DNA of 64,000 bases from Eledone cirrhosa. Lineage: Eukaryota. Under the pieces are notes generated by a model, which was not told the DNA's origin, did no database searches, and saw nothing but the letters and a program-made list of their open reading frames with translations. Of the stretch, positions 46,003-64,000 are shown piece by piece (the stretch's first letter is position 1; every line of letters begins with the position of its first letter). The stretch covers positions 25,296,001-25,360,000 of the forward strand of contig OZ024752.1 of NCBI GenBank assembly GCA_964016885.1, read 5' to 3'. The translations under genes were made by a program, and so were the position numbers.

Positions 46003-46718
46003 ATTATTCATTCTTTATATACACTCCGGAATACTGAAGGATCAGGAACTAAGTTTCTTGAACAATTCTTCCATAACTCGTAGAGTAACCTCTTACCGTA
46101 CGTCAACCATATCCAGTGTAGTAATTAACCATTACTACATCTTGGATAATCCTATACCTAATAATCGCCTCCTACACAGTTGAGCAACCACACCGACACA
46201 CGGCATTAATATGGAAAGGCATCATATAGGTATGTCACTTAAAAACATACCTATACCTAACAAAAGGGAATATATTCTCAGTATGATTCAACGCAGTAAC
46301 GACTTCATTCGGCGTGTACGATGGAAAGCTTTCCACTTCGATAAAGGACGCGCCAGTCACTCGTCTGAATCATATGGTTTTAAATCTGTCCCCTCTCTAC
46401 CTATATATCTCTCTCTACATCCATTACACTCTCTCTCTCTCACCTTTGACCTACCTCCCTCTCAACATCTATGAACCTGCCCTCTGGGGCAATAAATAAT
46501 TCCGACCTCAACTATCTACACATCTCTCCAAAAGTAACCAATAAAACCCCTACCATAATATTTTGATTAAGATATCTACAAGCCACTCTCTCCTTCTTCT
46601 CCAACCCCTGCATATCTTTCCTTCTCTCTCCCTCTTCCCTACTTTTCTCTCTTCCTGTTCCACTCTATCTTCTCCAACAACCCCACTTAAGGGTTTTTAC
46701 ATTGTACATTTACCATTC

Positions 46719-46830
46719 TGCTCTGAGGAAACAGTGGTCACAGCATTGGATATTCGAGTTCTGCAAATACTTGTGAATTTGCACGTAGCGGAACTAGGCT
46801 GCAGTACCACCGTGGAAACACTTGTAAGCG
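46719..46830 (+). ncRNA. Type I hammerhead with ~85-nt stem II (family J); inverted copy 45349-45460(-)
   Basis: ugcu-CUGAGGA-aacaguggu...accaccgug-GAAA-cacuug-UA-agc(g/a). Confidence 0.72.
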
Positions 46831-46873
46831 CACGGAATAAATTACCTTTTTATGATGTCTACCTGTTATTATT

Positions 46874-50520
<3,647 letters not shown>

Positions 50521-50838
50521 AATATATATATATATACATAAATATATACATATATATATATATATATATCATAAAACATGTCTATAGAATCACAAGATAA
50601 AATATATACTATTTCCTCTCCCAATTAGCATAATTAACTATATAAAAAATCGAATAGACCAGGCTATAAGAATGAGGCTTCTATGAAGGAATCTCCGACA
50701 AATAACCAAAACTAGCGCTTCGCGACGGCCGTAGTGGAATATTTATCGAATATTTCGACAGCGTAATCGCCTAGATACAGTCAACTAAGCAGAATTAGGT
50801 TTAAAATAAACTAGGAGAAAATAGAATACATTTAAATA

Positions 50839-50924
50839 CCTCTACAATGGTTTCGTCCGTGTTTTGAGTTTTCCAATAATTATGTAATAATTATATAAAC
50901 TCGAGCGCCGTATTCTTCAGGAAG
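50839..50924 (-). ncRNA. Type I hammerhead (family K, copy 1)
   Basis: cuuc-CUGAAGA-[hairpin gaguuu/aaacuc]-GAAA-ccauug-UA-gagg. Confidence 0.7.
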
Positions 50925-51126
50925 CTCGCTCATATCTAGACATTAAATTTTCCAAAACGATCGCCCCAAGAATTCATTTCAAAATGGCTAAAAATCGTGA
51001 CGTAGTCGCGGTCAAGTTGGAAAGGGTGTGGTAGTTGCTTACGATTTGTGGCATTTTTGCTAGAAAGCACAGCACAATACAGCCAAATTTTTATCTCAAA
51101 CTAGTGGGAGATTATTACATATAAAA

Positions 51127-51179
<53 letters not shown>

Positions 51180-51529
51180 CACATACATATACGTGTTTTG
51201 CAACCGGTCACTTTGTGGCTCAATGAAAAATTAATAAATTAAACAATCAGAGCTATATATCATAAAACATGTCTATAGAATCACAAGATAAAATATATAC
51301 TATTTCCTCTCCCAATTAGCATAATTAACTATATAAAAAATCGAATAGACCAGGCTATAAGAATGAGGCTTCTATGAAGGAATCTCCGACAAATAACCAA
51401 AACTAGCGCTTCGCGTCGGCCGTAGTGGAATATTTATCGAATATTTCGACAGCGTAATCGCCTAGATACAGTCAACTAAGCAGAATTAGGTTTAAAATAA
51501 ACTAGGAGAAAATAGAATACATTTAAATA

Positions 51530-51615
51530 CCTCTACCATAGTTTCGTCCGTGTTTTGAGTTTTCCAATATTTATGTAATAATTATATAAACTCGAGCGCC
51601 GGATTCTTCAGGAAG
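51530..51615 (-). ncRNA. Type I hammerhead (family K, copy 2)
   Basis: cuuc-CUGAAGA-a uccg...cgga c-GAAA-cuaugg-UA-gagg. Confidence 0.78.
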
Positions 51616-51800
51616 CTCGCTCATATCTAGACATTAAATTTTCCAAAACGATCGCGCCAAGAATTAATTTCAAAATGGCTAAAAATCGTGACGTAGTCGC
51701 GGTCAAGTTGGAAGGGTGTGGTAGTTGCTTACGACTGGTGGCATTTTTGCTAGAAAGCACAGCACAATACAGCCAAATTTTTATCTCAACCTAGTGGGAG

Positions 51801-51836
<36 letters not shown>

Positions 51837-51881
51837 AATATATATATATATATATATACATAAATATATATATATATATAC

Positions 51882-53143
<1,262 letters not shown>

Positions 53144-53182
53144 GTGGATATATATATATATATCATGATGATGATGATGATG

Positions 53183-53243
<61 letters not shown>

Positions 53244-53248
53244 TATAC

Positions 53249-53313
<65 letters not shown>

Positions 53314-53336
53314 AATATATATATATATATACATAA

Positions 53337-53367
<31 letters not shown>

Positions 53368-53386
53368 AATATATATATATACATAA

Positions 53387-53439
<53 letters not shown>

Positions 53440-53657
53440 TATACACAAAGCTATATATAAACGAAGCTAAATTTTAATCATTTGACTTTTATTTAACTTT
53501 ATTTTACACTACTCCGGAGTAACCAAACCAACCTGCACACTTCGTCGAGTGCTCCAACCTGCATACTGAGGTGTTGGTATACAACCAACATAAACTCAAA
53601 ATCTATCTAGCACCCACACGGGTTGAGCGCTTCAAACAGTAGCGGACCTAAGTCACT

Positions 53658-56341
53658 ATGGATAAACTGTCAACCTTAGCGTCACTGAAGGACACCCCCC
53701 TACCTGATAAACGAGAATACACCAGTGATCTCATCAAGAGTACGGACTCCCTCGTCCGTAGGATGAGATGGAAGGCGTTCCACTTCGAAAGAGGAACGCA
53801 GAAAATTACCAACACACAAAACATGGAGTACCATTTTCGATCTAGGAGGAATCCCCCCCCCCCCCACACACACAACAGACTAATGGAGGAGTTTGAAAAC
53901 GAGATGATTAACATCATATCCAACCTCAAATTCTCCGGAAACCCAACCAGAAGTCAGGAGTACCTCAGACACCTGAGAAACCGGATTACAGTACTTAAAG
54001 GGACAACTGGAATACTTGTCCATGCTGACAAAACAAACAACCTCTACAACATGAACACTGAACTGTACAATAAGCTAATCGTCAGGGAACTGAGGAAGTG
54101 CTACAAAAAAAACACCTGGATTTACCCTGGATGAGATCAATGCCACAGCTTACAGGATTATATCCAGAATCGACATAGAGGACAGGACGGCCCCATACCA
54201 ACCAAGGGAGCCGCGGATTATCCTTAAAGACCACAAGCCAAACTTTGAGTCCGACCTCCCTGTCAGACTAATAGACCCCTCCAGATCTGACCTAGGGATC
54301 GTCAGTAAACGAATACTGGATAGGATTTTGCCCAAGCTTCGGAAGAAAACTAAATTACAGCAATGGTCATGCACGGGAGAAGTAATAGAATGGTTCAAAA
54401 TACTGCATGAGAAAAGTAGGACCAGCTTTATACAACTGGACATCGAAAGCTACTACTCCTCAATCTCACCCATAGTACTTAATAAGGCCCTATTTTTAGC
54501 GATGGCCAATACGGACCTAACCCGAGAGGAGGTGAGCATCATCCACGCCGCAAGAAAGACCTTAATCCGCTTCGATGGAGACCTTTGGACCAGGAGTGAT
54601 TGGCCAAATAACTTTGACATCACGATGGGCTCCAGCGACTCAGCGCAGATAACGGACCTGGTTGGGCTCTACCTGCTGAAGCAGATAAAAGATGAAATCC
54701 CCTGCCTGGGCGGCGGATTATATCGTGACGATGCTCTATTCACAGTATATGACCACAGCACCAATATGTTGGAGGGTATGAGGAGGCGTATTCGCCATTT
54801 CCTTAAGAACCAGGGGCTCAGCATAGAAATAGACCCAAATAGGAAGGTAGTTAACTTCCTAGACACCACCCTAAACCTGAACACCGAGCAATACTACTCC
54901 TACCACAAGCCCAACGAGAAACTCGTATATGTTAACGCCAAATCAAACTACCCTAGATCCATAACCAAGGCAGTGGTGAAGAGTGTCTCGGACAGGATCT
55001 CCAGCCTGTCCGCAAGTAAGGAAATATTCAATAACCACGCGGAATATTACAACGCAGCTCTAAAGAAGGCGGCACATGGCCAAAATATAACATATGGTCC
55101 GAAAAGCCGGGATGGGGATAGCCCAACAGACACCCACAACCGCGTTGCCCGGGGGGGGAGGGCGAACCCTAACAATACAGACAGAGCAGAATCAAATAGG
55201 CACCATGTGCCCGACACCACCACACGGGCGGTGGGGACTAGTGCGCTTGACCACGAGATGGAGCACAATATGAGTAGCAGTCTCAGGCGTGACGCTAACC
55301 ACCCCAGGACGGACGACTCCAACCGCAGGACACGTAGGGGGAACGGGCGACCACCCCACGATGGATCTCCCGGGGCGGACAACGACCGCCCCACAAATTC
55401 GGGCCGCGAAGATAACAAAAAGCATAGAGCCCAAAGGGGAAGCAACAGTGCGGAAACCACCGCCAACCCAACAAATCTCCAAAAAATCACGAAGCCCCCG
55501 ACCCACACATATAGGAGGAGACACGAAAAATCACGTGGTACAACCAACCCTACTCAGCGGCCCTAAAGAAAAGCTTGGTCCGATTATTCTTTGGAGCACT
55601 TGAAAAATGCTTCCCGAGGGACCACAGATACCACAGGATCTTCAACAGACACACTGTGAAGCTTTCGTATTCCACCACGAGAAATTTGGCCCAACACATA
55701 GCTAGCATCAACAGAAGTAGGCTTAAAAACCCCACGCAACCAGAAGATGGCAATACAAACACTCAGCAGAACCATGTGAAAGGAGGCAAGGGCGACCCAG
55801 AGCCCACCCAAGAAACCCAAACAGACCCGAGGACCCCCCACCGAGCCTGGGGGAAGACCTACATGTAACACATAACGGGAACCCTAATCTAGGCACGCAG
55901 AGGCCGACCACCCTCTGCAACTGCAGAAACCCCGAATCATGCCCCCTTGGTAATGAATGCCTCAAGAAGAACCTAGTGTACAGTTGTAGGGTTAAAACCC
56001 CCAACTCCGAACACCTCTACATAGGAGCCACATCAACGAGCTTTAAGGACCGCTGGTACAACCATCGCCATTCGTTCAAGAAGGAGGCCAAAAGGAAAAG
56101 CACAGCTCTCTCCGACCTGATCTGGAAGCTTAAGCTGGACAGGACCCCATAGTCTCTGGCCTGGTACATAATCAGGAAAGTACCACCCGATAAAAAGGGA
56201 TATTACATATGCAAACTATGCCTGAACGAGACCCTCGAGATACTAAGAGGTGGAAGCGGCCTGATAAACCTCAGAACCGACTTTTTCGGGACATGCAGAC
56301 ACCTTAGAGCCGGGACCTTTCTCAAGATATATGGACAGTAG
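53658..56341 (+). pseudogene. PLE RT/GIY-YIG pseudogene
   Basis: RRMRWKAFHF, ADKT, LKDHK, FIQLDIESYYSSI, MGSSDS, LYRDD, CNCRNPESCPL, LVY..YIG. Frameshifts near 54110, 55540 and 55860; stop near 56150. Confidence 0.9.
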
Positions 56342-57563
56342 CAACACAAGAAGATGTGAACTCCCCTCAAGCTATAGGGACTTCTACAGAACATGAAAAC
56401 AACTCTCGGCCAGACCTCCCTCAAGCTATATGGGCAGTAACAACACTCTAGGTTGTGAAATCCCCTCAAGCCATAGGGAACAACCCAGGTTGAGCATACA
56501 CCGTGATAGCCTAGAGATAGAATCGGACACAGCCATTATAATTTGGCCAACATCTATATAAAACAAACACTTTTTAATTTACTAGATTTCTGATTTTCAA
56601 GTTCCAATTTTAAATCTTGATTTCTCTTTATTAATTTGTTATTTGTTTTCTGCCCTCTTCACTGTATCACCTTATATTTATTTTTAAGTTGAGATTGATT
56701 ATAACACAAACACATTTAGTTTGATTATCTTATCTTAAAATCTTGTCTTCATACCAATCTATCCAACATATTTCTGACCTTGAGATTGGTTATAGCACAC
56801 GCACACTTTATCCTACATTATTTTTCACTTCTCCATATTCATTTTCATTACTTTTTCACCAATTTTTCATTTATTCTTTATTCTCTATTTATTTATTGAT
56901 TTTCAAATTATACAAATTATATTAATTATTTTATTATATTATTTATTTATTTATTTATTTTCTGTTTTCTTCATTTATTGCCTTATATTTCTTCATATAC
57001 ATGGAAGAAAACCCACCACCACCACCACCACCACCACCACCACTATGAGAGATGGTGGCAGGAGGGATGAAGAAAAAACACACACTGGATACTTCTAAAT
57101 TGTTAGCAGCAGCAATATATAAGCTGACCACAACACCAACAACACTACCAACATAATGGTAGAGGTCAAATGTACTGAACAATAGCAAGCAAAAACACTA
57201 CAGGGAGCCTCACCCCATGAAGAATTCTATAGACTTCTGACTGAGGAATGCTCTCAGAACTGACCAATGGGAAGTTTGACACTTTTTTTGTTATTTTGTT
57301 CCTTTAACACCTTGTCCCTTCTACCATTTTATCAATTTTTTAAGCTAACTCCAACAATAACAACACTTAGAATGAGGAATGTTCTAATAACTGACCAATG
57401 AGAGGAGAAGAGGACTTTTGACACTGAAATTCGTTTGTTTGAATTCATATGATTCCAGTTCCTCAGTGAAATAACAACCCAATCAGGAACTGGGCATATC
57501 AGAGTAGTGACAATATTATACACCTCAACAACATATGTACATGCCTATACCATACTAATTCAA

Positions 57564-57618
57564 ACTGCCTGAAGAGGTCACAGCCAAAGATGGCTGTCAC
57601 TGAAATATATATAGCAGT
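57564..57618 (+). ncRNA. Type I hammerhead (family I)
   Basis: acugc-CUGAAGA-ggucacagcca aaga uggcugucacu-GAAA-uauaua-UA-gcagu. Confidence 0.87.
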
Positions 57619-57769
57619 AATAAACGAAGCTAAATTTTAATCATTTGACTTTTATTTAACTTTATTTTACACTACTCCGGAGTAACCAAACCAACCTGCG
57701 CACTTTGTCGAGTGCTCCAGCCTGCATACTGAGGTGTTGGTATACAACCAACATAAACTCAAAATCTAC

Positions 57770-58833
<1,064 letters not shown>

Positions 58834-58974
58834 TAGATATGTCTCATATGAAATAATACAGCCAATTTTCCACGCAATACTTTTAGTTAGCACCCCGAAC
58901 GCATAATTGGGAATATTATCACTTATTTCCTAATGTTTGTTGAGTGAGTTGGAATTTGGCCGCAGTATCGCTAA

Positions 58975-61620
58975 AAAGCAAAAAAACTAGAGCTAAACAA
59001 AGGTGGTTATATAGATCGGGAATTATTGTACTATATATAATACAATATAATATAATATACTTGTAACAATATTAAAATTAAAATTAAAATTAAAAGGCAC
59101 AATATACATATGTATATATGTACGCACACGTACGCACATATACATATACATCAATACACATTTCCATCATTAACAGCACAAATTAAACCTTATTAAGAGT
59201 TTAAATATAAATAAGCATAATAGGAATAAAAATAATAATAATACGTATATCTAATATACAGTATAACATGAAGTAATGAAATGATTAAAAGTAACACATA
59301 TAATATATAATAAACTATATAATTATATAATATATAATATAATATTATAGATAATCTCCGGTTAATTTACACAAACAATATAGATGTCACAAATCAATTC
59401 ATATAGAGTTACAGAGTAGGTGAGAAAAAAATATAAATTGTACAATACCCAAAATTATGATGGTACAAAAATATAAACATCTTACATGATATATAAAATT
59501 TAACATATCATAATGGTACATAAGATCATCGGTAAGTAATAAGGATCAATAGTACAATAACAAATTCAATATAAAATAATGAACATAATATAATATATAA
59601 TTACTTATAATTACAAGGTTGGTAAACAGACACATATGTGAATGAGTGAATAAGGGCCAGACAGAAAATACTATGCACAGTAGTATTAATAAATAAATAA
59701 ATAAAATCAACCGGAAATTAAAAAACAAAAACAAAAGTATTTACTTAGGTCTCACATGCAGTTAAGTAAAAACTTAGGAAACATCCCGGATAAATGACTC
59801 GAAAACCCTACTTGATAAATTAATATTGAAAATATTTAAAATACCCAATAAGGCAATACAATATTAGCTATGGTTTAAGTAATCAAAATTCATAAACATT
59901 AATATTTCACTAAAAATATATATATAAAGGAATGAAATATTCTACTATCATTTACATAACGATATCTAAAAAACTGACTTAAGCAGAATAGGGCTAATAG
60001 GGAGTAGACTAATAGGCTAATAGGGACAGAAAAAAAGAAATGTATGGAGGATACAAAGGAGCATAAAATCTTAATCAATATACTGTATTATATAATAGAA
60101 AGGAGCATAAAAGAGGGGAGATTAAATATAATCATAATATATTTGAAGGGGTTGGCAATAAGTTTATGTGTGCATGGGGAGAGAGGGGGGTTTTATCCAA
60201 AGAAGAATCCAAATAAAATAAAATAAAATGAAATAAAATAAAATAATATAAAATATATAATCAGATATATACTCATAAGGTGTTAATAGTGAAAATTTAA
60301 TGTGTAAGAAGATAGATATGGTATAGTAGCCAAACGATTATGAGAGCTAGAATAAAAAGTTGTCAATAACCAATGATAATAATGATGATAATAATGGTGG
60401 TAAACAAAAAGAACCTAAACTAAAAAAATAAGTAATGGAATATATCAGCTAATGGATACAATTTACACTACTAGAACCTTTAGGTTTATAATAAAAGTAA
60501 GAATTAGAAATAGCGTGGGGGCAAGAAGAGAATATCTCAGACTTTCTATTAAGTAAGGATTCACTGGAGAAAATGATAGAGTGTGTCTCGAGGATACAGA
60601 GATTACAAAATTTAGTATGTGTAGAAAGGTTATTAGAGCGTGCTACTAAACGCCAATTAAGGCTATATGGTATATTAGCCCCCTTAAGATCCCAGATATA
60701 GTGTGCTAAAGAAGTAGAATTCTTAAACTTAACATGTTTGAAATTAGAGATATGAGAATTAAACCTAGTCTTAAAAGTGTTAGATGTAGAGCCTATATAA
60801 GTTCTATTAGAGTAATTAGTTATAACTACGCAAGCATAGACGATGTTCTTAGAGAGGCAGTTACCGTTTAAAGGGCAGTTAGCACTCACTCTACAGTTAC
60901 ACTTCCGGGTGCTATTGATTAGCTGAAGTAGTGATGCATTACACGTAGGATTACTATTAGATAAGGTCTGCTCTGCTGGTAGGGCATTTGCAGATCTGTT
61001 CAGACTTTTCGTATTGTTAGTGCTAGCTAAATGAGAACTAATATTAGGGGTGGTAGAGAATGAAAGTTTAATAACATTTTTATTAAAAATACTATGGTAT
61101 TTATGAGAAGGGGGAAATTTTTCTCTAAGATAGAAAAAAAAGACCTAGGGATATTAGTTAATACTTCCTGATTATATGGCGGGTTAAAATAAGTATTTAG
61201 TCTCCTTCTAATATTATCCTTTCCGACTCTACCATTATCTAATATCCCATTATTAAGACTAGGGTTATTACAAGGATTAGTTAAAACCGCATTATTAGAA
61301 TCAGCCAAAATTCCATTAAGTCTCTTACTGTTTCTACCTCTAGTAGATCTGCTGCTGTCTGGAATCCTATCAAAAGGATTAGGGCCAATAATAGGATCAG
61401 TAGAAATAACATTATTAGAATTAAATCTAGCAAAATCATCACCAATGAGTGAGCGCTCAGAGGGTTAGACTTGATTCCTAGAGGTATTATATTCCCTATT
61501 ACGAGTCCGGTGGGTTAACTTATGGATGGGTTAAGATACACAGATGTAATTTCTACGATTATTATGCTTCCTACTCCCATTCATGGCCATGTTATGGGAT
61601 ATTATGTTATTATTATTATA
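58975..61620 (-). mobile_element. 5'-truncated PLE family M
   Basis: C-terminal ORF remnants 60449-~61500; 3' region 58975-59982 matches 62960-64000. Confidence 0.85.
60449..61308 (-). pseudogene. PLE GIY-YIG endonuclease remnant
   Basis: YFNPPY, CNCRVSANCPLNGNCL, IVY..YIG, CNLC; frameshifted. Confidence 0.85.
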
Positions 61621-61667
61621 AGTAAAATATATATACATATATATACATATATATATATATACATAAA

Positions 61668-61747
<80 letters not shown>

Positions 61748-61776
61748 AAAGAATAGAGGTGTAACACACAAGTTAT

Positions 61777-62004
61777 TATATATTGGTAAACGGAATAGAA
61801 AATGCTGACAGATCAGAGCAAACAGCACGGACACTCTATCTCAAAATTATTTTTGAAAAGCATTTAGAAATGCGCAACCGGTAAAAACTTAAAAACTTAA
61901 AACCACAACTGAATACTAACCCATACAATCACTAATACTCTTTTATTCCTAATTAAACCATTTTTCAACTGTGAACAATTTGTCAGCATTTTCTATTCCG
62001 TTTA

Positions 62005-62014
<10 letters not shown>
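61777..62014. repeat. Short element bounded by ~31-bp perfect inverted repeats
   Basis: tattggtaaacggaatagaaaatgctgaca (61781-61810) pairs with tgtcagcattttctattccgtttaccaata (61981-62010). Confidence 0.75.
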
Positions 62015-62056
<42 letters not shown>

Positions 62057-62227
62057 TAAATATATATATATATATATATACATAAATATATATATATATA
62101 TATACATAAATCTATCTATATATATATATATACATAAATATATATATATATATATATATATAAACATATATATATATATATATACATAAATATATATATA
62201 TATATATATACATAAATATATATATAT

Positions 62228-62379
62228 ATAAAGAAAAAGAGATGAAATCGAAAATGCAACTGGAGTCTTATTTTTTTTTTTAAATATATATATTTATTTG
62301 GTTCCTTTACCGGTTTCGCAGTTCTTCTGCTTTTCAAAAGGTGAGTTGAGATGGAGGGTCTGTGGTTTTTCTCACATAC

Positions 62380-62439
<60 letters not shown>

Positions 62440-62690
62440 GTATATATATATATACATATGTAATAAATAAATACAGATGTGAGAAAAACCACAGACCCTC
62501 CATCTCAACTCACCTTTTGAAAAGCAGAAGAACTGCGAAACCGGTAAAGGAACCAAATAAATATATATATTTTTTAAAAAAATAAGGCTCCACTTGCATT
62601 TTCGATTTCATCTCTTTTTCTTTATACTTTCACTCGTGTAGGATACCTCAGTTATTTTTCATTTTGTAAAAAAAAACCTCACTTTCTAAT
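62228..62690. mobile_element. Foldback pseudo-LTR fragment (family P), TA-rich spacer
   Basis: 62228-62377 is the reverse complement of 62478-62625. Confidence 0.82.
62513..62550 (+). ncRNA. Minimal hammerhead with U3-A8 core variant; inverted copy 62304-62341(-)
   Basis: ccuu-UUGAAAA-gcag aagaa cugc-GAAA-ccgg-UA-aagg. Confidence 0.75.
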
Positions 62691-62715
62691 ATATATATAT
62701 ATATATATATATTAT

Positions 62716-64000
62716 GAAAATAAAAAAAAGAAGCCTTCAATACATCAAAAGTCTTTATTAGCCAACAATGTTTCGTCCTATTAAGGACGCATCAGGGCAA
62801 TCAAAACCACAAGAAGTACTATCGGCCAATACAAGCCGAAAACTACGAAGAATATGGAGTGTACATACACTAAAGTATTAGAAGATTATGGGTAAAAATA
62901 TATAATAAAAATCACTAAGGAGGTGTATAACATTTTGAACCATATTACAAATATAGTCCAAAGCAAAAAAAAACCTAGAGCTAAACAAAGGTGGTTATAT
63001 AGAGCGGGAACTATATATAATACAATATAATATAATATAATATACTTGTAACAATATTAAAATTAAAATTAAAAATTAAAATTAAAAGGCACAATATACA
63101 TATATATGTACGCACACGTACGCACATATACATATACATCAATACACATATCCATCATTAACAGCACAAATTAAACCTTATTAAGAGTTTAAATGTAAAT
63201 AAGCATAGTAGGAATAAAAATAAAAATAATAATAATACGTATATCTAATATGCATGAAGTAATGAAATGATTAAAAGTAACACATATAATATATAATAAA
63301 CTATATAATTATATAATATATAATATAATATAATAGATAATCTCCGGTTAATTTACACAAACAATCTAGATGTCACAATAATACTATAATAATAATATAA
63401 TAATATATATAATATATAATGGCATGTAAGTTAACAAATCAATTCATATAGAGTTACAGAGTATGTGAGAAAAAAAAAATAAATTGCACAATACCCAAAA
63501 TGATGATGATACAAAAATATAAACATCTTACATGATATATAAAATTTAACATATAATGTTACATAAAATCAACGGTAAGTAATAAGGATCAATAGTACAA
63601 TAACAACATCAATATAAAATAATGAACATAATATAATATATAATTACTTATAATTACAAGGTTGGTAAACAGACATCTATGTGGATGAGTGAATAAGGGC
63701 CAGACAAAAGATAAAATGCACAGTAGTATAAATAAATAAATAAATAAAATCAACCGGAAATTAAAAAACAAAAACAAAAGTATTTACTTAGGTCTCACAT
63801 GCAGTTAAGTAAAAACTTAGCAAACATCCCAGATAAATGACTCGAAAACCCTATTTGATAAATTAATAAGGCAATACAATATTAGCTATGGTTTAAGTAA
63901 TCAAAATTCATAAACATTAATATTTCACTATAAATATATATATAAAGGAATGAAATATTCTACTATCTTTTTCAGAACGATATCTAAAAGACTGACTTAA
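62716..64000 (-). mobile_element. Pseudo-LTR of PLE family M, second copy (runs off the window)
   Basis: 62960-64000 matches 58975-59982; HHR near the 3' end. Confidence 0.82.
62761..62798 (-). ncRNA. Minimal hammerhead with A9C change (family M)
   Basis: gcc-CUGAUGC-gucc uuaaua ggac-GAAA-cauug-UU-ggc. Confidence 0.65.

Larger units (their letters stand above)
50567..51805 (-). mobile_element. ORF-free tandem (691-bp period) HHR element, family K
   Basis: 50569-51116 repeats at 51260-51806; each copy has a minus-strand HHR. Confidence 0.8.
53450..57769 (+). mobile_element. Full-length PLE family I (Hydra-clade-like)
   Basis: Short 5' repeat 53459-53605 matches the 3' end 57621-57768. Disrupted ORF. 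HHR at 57564-57618. (TA)n flanks. Confidence 0.92.

Overview
AT-rich animal DNA with no recognisable host gene. A Meta-domain tRNA-SINE I recognise from octopus genomes suggests a cephalopod, which is an inference. The window is a nested retroelement pile-up in a (TA)n microsatellite. It holds at least 8 families of C-terminal GIY-YIG Penelope-like elements (PLEs) with a CxCx5C linker (Hydra-clade-like), including a near-intact copy at 3872-13072 with ~2.9-kb pseudo-LTRs. It also holds one CCHH-type (Nematis-like) PLE, CR1-like and RTE LINE pieces, and one SINE with an 18-bp TSD. Reading both strands by eye I found about 39 type-I hammerhead ribozyme (HHR) motifs from about 17 sequence families. 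Several lie in ORF-free tandem monomers of about 460-870 bp (retrozyme-like) or in foldbacks carrying an HHR on both strands. Some have unusual cores, including a compensatory U3-A8 pair and a copy-conserved U4A. Most listed ORFs (IY/VC repeats) are microsatellite artefacts. Element boundaries are approximate, and all RNA folds were made by hand and not computed.
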